Origin: Psammoneis japonica
Taxonomy: Eukaryota
Assembly: GCA_008632985.1 (NCBI GenBank)
Contig: QPGO01000007.1
Span: 496,001 to 560,000, forward strand
DNA length: 64,000 nucleotides
Reading direction: 5' to 3'
Shown here piece after piece: positions 47,601 to 57,633 of the stretch. Under the pieces are notes generated by a model. The model saw nothing but the letters and a program-made list of their open reading frames with translations. It was not told where the DNA came from and did no database searches. The position numbers and the translations under genes are program-made. Numbering within the stretch: position 1 is the stretch's first letter; each line of letters begins with the position of its first letter.

Positions 47601-50600
47601 CCAATGTGCAATTGGGGAGGCGAGTGCAACATGCGTTGTCACGCACGTGTTGTGTGTGTGTGTCCATGTGTCAAACAAAAGTGTGTTTCAATCGCACGTC
47701 AATCGTGGGTTCGTACGAAATGCAGATCGGTCACACAGAAGTGATCGGATGTCGAGAATCGCAAATGCGATTGCACGATGATGTTGACATCTCATGTGTC
47801 AACATCAATCGTGCCCGGACAATCTGTCATCACGATCACATTCTCCAAAAGGCCTTTTGTCTGTGGGAGCAGTGCAAAAGGTTTGGGCTGTTGAGAACCC
47901 ATTCGGAGAAACCCAAAATGATTGCGTGGAAACAATTCTTGCAATTTTCACTTTTTGAACTTCGTTCTACTTTCGTTTGCACTCGTTCTTCGAGCACAGT
48001 GCACCTTGTTGACTGACACTCTGTTTTTTCAGCTCCGCCGCCTGCCGAAGCTTCTGGCATGAATGACAACGCCGCTTCTGCCTTTCCCGTGTCTGCCACA
48101 CCCGAAACGTTTCCCAACCCGACTGGCACAAGAGGCAATGATGTCGCTTTGTCCCTCATCAGCCCCAAACTGACGAAATCATTTGGTGCCAACTGACACC
48201 ATTTTTGTGTTGCTGTGCAGCGCCTGCCACTCATTCTGTCACCAATGCCAACGCTGTGACCAGCGTTGTGGCAGATGGCACCCCCGGTGCCTTTCCTGCC
48301 ACACACGGTCCATCAGGCAATGACACATGCATCGTGCATTGCTGTTGTGGTTGGATTTCCCGCCTTCTGTTGTTGACATCAATCAGGAGAAGGGGCGCGC
48401 TGGTCGCAGCTTGGGCATGGCAGGGTGCTTCTGTCAACTGCACCTTTCCCTGGAAACGTTCATGCATTTGTTTCTTCGCATTGTGGATCCTTCGGAGGCC
48501 AAGGTCTCGGCGACGTCTGCTGCTTTGGAGCTGCAGGATTTAATGCAAGTGCTTTGGATTGTCGTGTTGCCCATGTGTTGCTGTCAGGCTTCCTTTGAAG
48601 TGTTGCCATCGCATCCTGCCTTCGCCGCGCATGTCGACCCGTCCTCATTGCCTCCTTGCAATGCATGCAGCTGTTGCCATGGCACCCATGTGGCACTGCA
48701 TCCCGCTTTGAATCGACGCGGGGTGGTTTCCATGCTTTTCAATGTTTTTGTGCATGGCCCTCATGTTGTCAAGACAATGCGATTGGTTTCCACTGTGGTC
48801 GCTGACGCAGGGGTGATCACAAGTCATCACAAGTGATCACAAGTCATCAACAGCCCTCACGACTCAAAACATAGAAAGGCACATGAACAAACAATTCATC
48901 TCGCGCACTTGTGCGCGGTTATTCGACTGTGTAGGTGTGTACACGTGTGTGAGGTGTAAGTAGAATATATGTAGAATTACTGCTGAGTGAGTTGACATGC
49001 GGTGGATTTTCCGCCGGTACACAAGCTACGTGGTCTACATGAAAGATACATTATGTTAGTCTCTGAAGCTTTTAGATATTATAAAATTTTGTTATGCTTT
49101 TAATATATACATATAGCAATTCAAAAATCTTACAGAACACCCCGAAAGAACTCTGGAATCTGGATAAAAAAAATTTCGATTTAACGTCCCGAACTGGGTC
49201 GCCCCGAAGCGCTTCTCAAAATGTTTACAGATTGGATACAGTAAAACATCTACTATTACCAAAACAGATTCACTATCGAATAAATAGATAAAATGTTCTT
49301 CGCGCGCAAACAACACGATAACGCCCAACAACACCATGGCGAGCAACGCGAGCGGCGTTCACTGATCTACAAGCAGGGAATACGAGATACTATTGAAGTC
49401 GTTGGACAATATTTATGTGCTGTATTCATGGGTCAAGTTGGGTTTCTTCTCACTGGTTGTTGTCGCGTCATTTTACAACGCCGTGCTCTTCTGCTTTGTT
49501 GCATCTACCGGTACGACACTGTGCTGCATCTGCTCGCGCGCCACCGAACAGCTTTTCCTGCAGGGTATGGCTAGTTGCACGGCTGAATCGAACCCAAACG
49601 TGCGCGACCAACTAGCCCTACCCCAGCTAACTCATAAACAGTATTATGTATGTTCTTCACCAAAGAAGACTAAATTTAACGGATAACCGTTACAAACTAC
49701 ATAACACCATTGACAAAAATTTCCGTTGCATTTATATAAATATTCCTACACAAGATTTTAGCCACTGGCTAAGACCCTGTCCAAACTGGACCATACCTGT
49801 ACATACCTGACGTCACGAAGCCTTTTTGCGGACGTCACAGGGTCATACCCATGCAGTGCTTTCCAAACTGCATCATACTTTTATGCATACCCCCACTTCA
49901 TCCATACACGAATATGTTGCATCTCTGATTTTATATATTTTCTGACTGATGAAGGTTGATCATTTCACCAGGGTGTTAAACGAACTACATCGATGAAGTT
50001 GGAATGAAACAGAACAAAAACACACGACGAGAGCGACGACACCATGACGACGAGAACGCAGCCATAAGGCGGCAATAAGCCAAGTAAAGGATACAAATCG
50101 ATCATAATATTAAACTTATGTATGACTTGTGTATAATCAACTTCACTGTATGAGTGTCTGCAGCGGATTGATTGAGAGAATGTTCAGGAAAAATGCTGCG
50201 TCGTGATGAGACAAGAACGGCACGCAAAGCGACCCAAACACAGCAAGTGCCTCATGTATGATGAGGTTGTGGGTTGTTCTTGGAAAAGGTACAGCAATGT
50301 GCACTTTCGTTGCATCAAAAACGCTGCTTCTGGGTCGTCTCGTGTGTCGACTCGGGGGTGTGGTGTTTGGGGCATGCCATTTTCGAGGAACACTGTTCAC
50401 CCCAGAACAAATCAAGATTTTGGGGGGGTTAGTGACTCCACGAGAGGGGGGGAGGGGAGAGGAGAAAGAAGGAGGAAGAGGAGAGAAAGGAAGGAGAGAG
50501 GAAGGGGTTGCGAGGGCAGCGAGCTTGATCTAAATTGCGGAAGTGGTTTGAAGAGCGATCCTCACTTCTTTCTCCCTTTTCACCACCCGATGTGTCAGAT

Positions 50601-52356
50601 CTCCGGGTGCTCGCATGTTGAAGTAATTTGGCGTGGTGACACCGATGAGACATTGCAGTGTTGAAGCATCTCTGGCATGAATTTTGCACAGAAATCTACG
50701 CAATTCAGGAGTTTCCCTCTGACACCAAACAAAAAATCGACCATGACAGCTGCAAGAGCCGGCAGTTGAAATTGTCGCCGTCACTTGTGATGCTGCCGTG
50801 ACAACAAAGCACGCATTAAAACTCTCTCTGACAAACGAACACACGAAAAGAGAGGTGTGAAAAATGTGAAAAATGGACAAGAAATGCGTTGGCACTTTTG
50901 CCATTTTTAGAACTCGTCTCTCACTCTTGCGTTGCAATTTCTGTTCGTTCTTGACAGATTGAAGAGCCCTCCTTTAAGCATTGAGCATCAATGGCGTCTC
51001 GTGCGCTGATGTTTCGTGCTGCAATCGTTGTGGTTCCAGCCGACTCTTCTCCAGTCGTCAATGAGGGTTTGCCAGTCATCGGGGTGGCGTTTCAGGATTT
51101 TTGCAGTGTCGCTGCTTGCGGCGCTGCCTCAGGTGCCATTGACACGCTACTTGAAGAGACTGATGGCCATGCATTGATTGTGGGTGCGGTTTGTGTCGTT
51201 TTTTTATCTACAATCTACCACTTTGGCTGGAAAAGTCCGCGCATGAGCGGCAGACGAGGTTGCCCTCGTCTTTAAATGGCACGGGCCACTGCCGAGGTTG
51301 CTGACTGCAGCAGCGCCTCGGCAATTTTTTTCTGCAATGATGTTCATGTGGCCCCACCTCTGAATGTTGAGACGGCTGATGAGAGCCAAGGGGTTGCTCC
51401 CCGGTGAGGCATTGACTGGTGCTTCCAAGGACGGGAGTGCCTTCAATCGCCGCAGACCCGAATCTCCGTTGCGACAGGGTTCACCTGCCCTCAAAGGTGG
51501 TTTGGATTGTCAAAGTTTTGCAGCTGGGTGGCACAGGGAGCAGGTGGCACTGGATCAGTTGTGCAGGAGCATGGGAGTCTACGGTGTTGGAGCAGCTGGT
51601 CGTGGTTCTGTTGCACTGCAAACATCACTTTTGTCCTAGAGCTCATCTCTGTGGCATTGTTTCTGACTTCAGTCATTGACAGCGTGTTCCACAGGGCACG
51701 CAAGAACAACGGCTGCTTCAGCTCTTACGACCACTGCTGCAACTCTTGTGACTGCTGCTGTTGTTGCGACTGCTGCAACTCTTGCGAACCCGGCTAAAAA
51801 CAAAGGTTGTTGATGCTGTTGGAGTGCAGGAATCGGCAGCGTTGAAATAAAACAGTGAATCAAAAACTCATGCATGGAATGTGCCCAGCAATGACAACAT
51901 CCACCTTCTTGACTGCTGTCTCTTTGGGCAATCCTTAGAATGCGCTGGTCGACCTCTTGGTCGGCACCCCGTCACGCTGTAGCTTTGCTGCAGCTTGCAT
52001 TGCAGGAAAGCAGGACAACAGTGCGGATCAATGTCTCGCTTCCTTTGATCTCGTGTTGGATCATCAAGAGTTGAAAGAGCCGGTTGCACTTGACATGGAA
52101 CAGATGGGAGGGCTGCACTCATGCTCGATGCAAAAGCAAGCTGTTGCGAGAGGGTGCTTCTCATGGCTTGCAACATGTTGAACTGCTCCTCGACTTGAAC
52201 GTGAGCTGCATCAAGCAATGGAGTGGCATCCATGCACACAGGTTCAACCGTCACCTCGGGAGCCATCGCAATTTCGACAATGCCGCTTGCAGGTTCAACG
52301 GTTGGCGCCGCTGCAGTTTCCCCATCGTCACGGTTTCCAACTTCTGATCTTGTTGT

Positions 52357-55206
52357 TCACTTGCATGGATTTTGCACCGGTTTCGTCCCACAGAGATTGC
52401 ACATGCATCGATCTGTCTCGGGGTGTGGAGCAATCGTTTCATTTCTTGCATTCTGCTCCAGCAGGTGCTGGGACAAGAAACGCTCGCCGGTGTCCTCCTC
52501 GAGTTCCCTTGCATTCGGATGTGGCGCTTTCTTCCCCTTTTTTATTGCAAGGTTGTTGATTTCAATTAGATCAAGTGCATTCCGATGAGCAACCACGCCC
52601 CGAAAGTCGCATGGAATCTTGGCTCGCGCCGTTGCATCCATTTTCTCGATTCGCTCCTTCTCTTCAATTGTTTCATTGTGCAAAACTAATCCTTCCAACG
52701 CAAGCAAGTCCATCAATGAATGTCTCATTCCGCAATTTCCACAATGTGCCAGTGAATCGTGTGCCTTCTCCAATTTGGATTCTGGTCCTAGCAGCGTTCG
52801 CCACTTTGCCAGTTTTGCTTTCGACCACAGGGACGGCGCTGCTGGCCAGCACTGCTCCGACTTTGGCACTGGAGTGTCCAATCCCTTGGAGGTTTCTTTC
52901 GCATTCAAAATTGCATCCTTTGTGTCGGTTGCAAACAGTGTTAGTCCACTGTCTGGATCCAGCCGTCCTCCGGCAGCGGGGGCTCCGTCGGAGGCAGTGC
53001 ACTTGCATCGAGCAAACCAATCCTCAAGCAAAGTGAGCCTTTTCTCCAGCGGGTGCCTCCAGAGATGAATGCATTCCTGGCAGTGCTTCCACCTTGAAGA
53101 GTGGATGACATCTTGTGTCTCCTCGTCAGAATGCTTTTTGTTGTTTAGAGTGCCATCCTTCAGGGCTTGCATCACAGCTTGGCAGTCGGACCACTCGGCA
53201 CACGATGCGGTCGCCTTAAGATCACTTGCAGCTTGCCAACAATCAGCATGCTCTTTTCGGAGCGTTCTTACAATTCGATGCATCCAATGAAAGAGCCCGA
53301 GCAGACAGATTGGGTTCATTCCGAAAATTGTCTTCCACAGCTGCGACTCATGCGGCCAGGTGTCGCTGCAGTGGATTTTCGGTCGCACGTTTTTTCGCCT
53401 GGCAAACTGTTCTGCCGTGTGAGCAAAATCTTTTGCTTCCAATGTTGGGGTTGGGCAAGCGGTTCCTACCTGCCCCTTTTCATTGCACATGGTGAACAGG
53501 CCAGCTGCTCCACCTGCTTTCTTTGAGCAGTTTTTGAGAATCTGAAAAGTGTGATCGGATGCGACACTCACGGTGGCTCCAACCATCTGTGTTGATCTCG
53601 TGCACCTGTCATGCGAGGACGTGGCCAGAGCTGTCAATTTTGATTTGCCGCTTTCGTCATAAAGATCGAGAAGTGCAGAGCCTGATGGACTGCACCCGCC
53701 CATCCAATCCTCAAAAGACACCCAGTCTTCGGTTTTGTCTGTGGCTCGGTCACAGTGTTCTTTCTGGAGGTCCTTGAAACAGTCGACTCGCATTTGGTGC
53801 AGCATGTGCGAGAACTTGTCCCCGCCTGAGCACGTGACAACAATGGACTCAAGGAGTCTTGTAGTTTCCTTGGTGAGATGCCACTTGTTGGTTGCACTGG
53901 CATGCTCAGGCAACGTTGGATGTGCTGACTGCAGGCTTTTTGGCAGCTTGTGCAGCAGTCGACCGTCGTTGCCCTTGCATCGAATTTTGCATTGATTGCA
54001 TTCGCACCACATTGACACCGCCATGTGCGTCTTCCCGCTGATGCAACACATTGGTGTCGCCCCACCGCATCGAGTGAAGTCCATGCGGTCATGAATCATT
54101 TCACCGTCGCACTCTCCGTCAATGCAGGGGATGCAGATGTTGGGACAATTCAGCTCCCAACAAACAATGTGCATCATCACACCTTGCAGCTGATGGCAGC
54201 AATGATCAGGTGGCAATGTGCAGTCATCCTTGGGAACTTCAAATGACATTGCACCAGGAGGAAAAGTTTCATCCTCAAGCTCCAGCATCTCGTTGAGCTC
54301 AACACTTTTTGCTGTAGCCACAGGACACTTGTTGCTGCCTTGCTCGAATCTGGGCTTGACAGAGTCCAACAGACAGCTGATGAGAGCACTTGCTGCAGCC
54401 GGGCACTTCGTCCTCTCCTCGGAGTTCTCGCATTTTTTTGCTCTTGCTCGAATCTCTTGTTTCAAAGTCTCAACCGAAAATTTTGCAATGGCGGCTGCCT
54501 TGCAAGCATTGTCCGTGTGCTCCACGGGGCCTGCAGCACCAGCCACCCCCGAATTCACCGGCTTGCAAACATTGGAAACACCTGGAGGAGGCAATGTGAT
54601 GCGAGCTTCAGGTCTCTGCGCTCCAAAATGGCCTTGCATGGTCGAAACTCCCTCAACTGGGGCAGCCGGAATCGTGTTGTTCGTTTCGTGCAGCTCTTTG
54701 TCACGTCGCTCTGCATCCATGGCAGCTTTGGTGACATTCACTTGCGAGCACCTTTTTGAAAATTTACATGTGGGATCATGGCCATGATGACATGTGGGAC
54801 CTCTCTCACATCTCTTGCATTTCTTCATTCCGTCGTCTGCTCTTGCCACCTTGCGCCCACTAAAATCGCTCTGATGCATCCGCTTCTGGCGTGTGTGCGC
54901 TTGGCTTTTGCTCGTTTTGATGGAGCCTTTGCGTTTCTGGGATTGAATGCCCATGTTTCTAAAGAAAGGATGCAGCTGCCGCTCTTCGGCCTCTTTTGTT
55001 GGAGCAGATTCTTCCGCTGCGTCCGTCATCATCGAAGCACCAGCAGAGATTGTACTTTTCTCTCTCGCAGGTTTTTTTTGTGAGAGAATTTTTCTCATCG
55101 CGTGAGAAGTCTGTGTTGTTGTGATTTTCCGTGGTGCGAAAGGAAGATGACAGTCGGTCTCCGCATCATTCTGATTCTTGTGTCTGCTTTTGGAGAGTTG
55201 TCTCAA
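52357..55206 (-). mobile_element. DDE DNA-transposase-like ORF (949 aa; Mutator/hAT/P-supergroup-like), hypermutated; the element probably spans ~50.5-55.3 kb
   Basis: VASDHTFQ, TMCNEKGQV, IHCSDTWP, GLFHWMHRI, ESKLEKAH motifs plus Cys-rich zinc-binding segments; only 1 Tyr in 949 aa; superfamily is my inference, TIRs not identified. Confidence 0.65.
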
Positions 55207-55656
55207 CCTCCTCGTCCCTGAGTGATTGCGTCAGATTTTCCAAAAAAGTGTTGATTAATTAGTCGGAAAGTCCTCGACTTTCCGAGGGTCTCCCCCAAGC
55301 AGAAATCCCAAATGCTGAATTCTGATTGGCTCTCGTAGCGCCATTCCTAATCCTCCCTCGATTCAAACAAAAGTTGGTATGGCCTAAAATTACGTCATGC
55401 ATAGGGCTAATAACCATTAATTTTTTCGAAGAGGCTTATTTTCGGCTCTATGACGTCAGCTATGTACATAGGTATGCATGGTCCAGTTTGGACAGGGTCT
55501 AAAATCATTCGGTATGTCCCCATACAGTGCCGATGGCATCGTCGCCATCGCCTCTCGGCATCTCCTCTATCTTCGTCCCCTTCTTTCCCACCAGGCATTA
55601 TCTCTTTTCTTCTTCTCTCCGTTAATTGTTTCGACAAGAAAACCAAAGAAATACTG

Positions 55657-57456
55657 ATGGGATCAGCGGATAGCACTCTCCGACTGGCAGACGGAACGAA
55701 CCAGCAAGTCGGAAAACTACAACTCCCTGGACTACCGCATCCAGAAAAGCTATGGGGTGTCAGCGATGAGACCTTTGTTTTCATTTCCCACACCGGGCGA
55801 GATGGTATCAAGGAGCTCATTGCTGAACCGACCTATTGGTTTCTAAAGAATGTACTATGCGTGAAAGCATTTGTTGACAGCTGTTCCATGGAAGCGGGAA
55901 GTATCATCCTCCAAGAAATCACCGAGGCTGCGTACAAGTGCACACACGCTGTTGTAATTTTATCACCAACATTTCGCGAACGGGAATTTTGTGTCAGAGA
56001 ATTGAACACCTTCATGCATAGAATGTTTTGTCTCAAGGATGGGATTCGTGTCGTCCCAGCCCTATGGAAAGTTGTCAACGCTGAGGGCTACCACGATCAC
56101 GTGAACGGATTGTGCTGGATTCCACACGAACCTCTCGACGAAGTCAGCTACCTGATTCATACCCTGTGGCCCAAACTCTGTAGTATTTTGCAAGGCTCCA
56201 ATCATATTCCCTCTACGAGGCAAATGGAAGAATATCTTCTTACCTACGTGGAGGAGAACAGGCGATCGTTACCTTCTCCGCTTTTTGATTTCGCCGTAGA
56301 GAAAGTGGGCCAACATCCACCATATCTTTTTGGTACGGATGATGGCTCAGCTAATGAGCCGCTGGTGAGTGGAGTCATGTTCTCTGGATGCTACATGGAC
56401 CACAATCCGGATTGGAATGACTTTGTTCTTGAGCGAAAGAATCACATTGAACAAAACCTAAGGTATCTCTTAAGGTATGGCACTCTTACGTACGGAGTCG
56501 CGGAAGTGACCCAAGAGCGGCAAATGATAAGTGGTGGTGTGAGCAGGGCTGTTGCACGACTGGAGTGCGAAATTGAGGTGCGGCATGACTTGGCCAGAAA
56601 CCAGCTTCGCGAAGTCCGGCGCGTCACTCGTAACATTGTCAGCCTGTTACGAGAAGCCGGGACAACGGAAGAGCAACTCAGGTGCATGATGATTGGTGCT
56701 GTTTGGGAGGGTTCCCTGTGTATGCTCCTAGAAGCGCCTCACGGCACTTTAGAAATGCTCTTTAACCTTCTGACGAAGTCACACAATAAGTTGCCCATTG
56801 ACAAGAACTCAGAAGAATTCCCTGATAAAGCAGAACTAGTAGGTCTGATGCCAGCGTTTGTGGTTCGAGGTGCCTGGGGAGACTTTGTTCCTTATTTCCG
56901 TAATGAAGGCCTGGCGTTGGTGAGTACAGATGGTATCAACTTGTTGTGTCCAGCCACTCCCAGACTGAGAGGCGATCTCCTTTGCGGCGGGTTGTCGTAT
57001 GATCAGTGGGACAGCTCCCAGTGGACTCTACCGTTGATCTCAACCCTGCGTTCTATTCCCACGGTGCTTCCGTCGGTGTTAGCTGAAGCTCTACCCCACC
57101 GAGACGTGCGAGCTCTGGTTCATTCTGCATGTTTCGACGGCGACGTAAGAAAATTCTTCTTCATCAAAGTAGTCAATCTTACTCAAAGCCACGAAATTGA
57201 AGTAACTCATATATGGTTTGAGGCTATGACGGGAGAGAAGCTCCATGTGATGAATGACGAACGCTGTTTGCCGACCCGGCTCCGACTGGAAGAAACTTAC
57301 GAAACGTGGATAGCATGCGACGACTTGCCGGACGGTCCGGAGCCTGAGACAAAGTTTCGGGTGATGCTGTCGAACGGTGAAGTCGTCGAATCAGAGTTGA
57401 ACAAGAATGTGCCTTCGGAAGGTTACGTTGCCGGTAAAGGTAATCAGCCCTCATGA
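55657..57456 (+). CDS. TIR-domain protein with an unrelated middle region and a compact C-terminal beta-type domain
   Basis: FVFISHTGRD, AFVDSCSMEAG, AVVILSPTF, FCVRELNTF (TIR_2-like, Glu retained); likely start MGSADS at 55657 within ORF 55450-57456; normal TpA. Confidence 0.8.
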   Translation: MGSADSTLRLADGTNQQVGKLQLPGLPHPEKLWGVSDETFVFISHTGRDGIKELIAEPTYWFLKNVLCVKAFVDSCSMEAGSIILQEITEAAYKCTHAVVILSPTFREREFCVRELNTFMHRMFCLKDGIRVVPALWKVVNAEGYHDHVNGLCWIPHEPLDEVSYLIHTLWPKLCSILQGSNHIPSTRQMEEYLLTYVEENRRSLPSPLFDFAVEKVGQHPPYLFGTDDGSANEPLVSGVMFSGCYMDHNPDWNDFVLERKNHIEQNLRYLLRYGTLTYGVAEVTQERQMISGGVSRAVARLECEIEVRHDLARNQLREVRRVTRNIVSLLREAGTTEEQLRCMMIGAVWEGSLCMLLEAPHGTLEMLFNLLTKSHNKLPIDKNSEEFPDKAELVGLMPAFVVRGAWGDFVPYFRNEGLALVSTDGINLLCPATPRLRGDLLCGGLSYDQWDSSQWTLPLISTLRSIPTVLPSVLAEALPHRDVRALVHSACFDGDVRKFFFIKVVNLTQSHEIEVTHIWFEAMTGEKLHVMNDERCLPTRLRLEETYETWIACDDLPDGPEPETKFRVMLSNGEVVESELNKNVPSEGYVAGKGNQPS

Positions 57457-57633
57457 AGTAATCTGCAGACAATAGAATCGGCGTCAAGATAATGACCGCC
57501 TTCTCACCAAGGTAGTTCTGTTTGCACATGGCGTGTTGATTGCTGCTTTTTATTTGTGCTGCCACTGTTGATAATGTTGCATGAGCTTCGCGGTGGGTCG
57601 TGGATCATGGAGACGGCGATGCTAGCATAGTAA

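Larger units (their letters stand above)
42859..48003 (+). mobile_element. Full-length Ty3/Gypsy LTR retrotransposon, inactivated
   Basis: 379-bp LTRs (42859-43237, 47625-48003); 4-bp TSD CCTT (42855-58, 48004-07); PPT ggggaggcgag; order gag, PR-RT-RH-IN. Confidence 0.95.
42478..48813 (+). mobile_element. Copy B of the TIR element (~1.2 kb without insert; 12-bp TIRs CCCCTGCATCAG / CTGACGCAGGGG), carrying the Gypsy insertion and sitting in a TCACAAGTCA minisatellite
   Basis: TIRs at 42478-89 and 48802-13; tcacaagtca units on both sides (42420-42475, 48817-48848); homology to copy A. Confidence 0.8.

Noticed and set aside
24767..48003. ADAR-type editing or diversity-generating-retroelement-style A mutagenesis as the cause
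   Set aside because: Changes occur on both strands, differ between the two LTRs of one insertion, are transitions only, and also affect non-retro sequences; no template/variable repeat pair is seen.
49293..49686. Short ORFs in the TpA-normal island at 48.9-50.2 kb
   Set aside because: No recognisable domain or consistent exon structure.
8050..55350. Hundreds of overlapping Cys/His/Gln-rich ORFs in all six frames
   Set aside because: Expected by-product of TAA/TAG loss and TG/CA excess in converted DNA; not evidence of genes, metallothioneins or an alternative genetic code, since flanking genes use Tyr and TAA/TAG normally.
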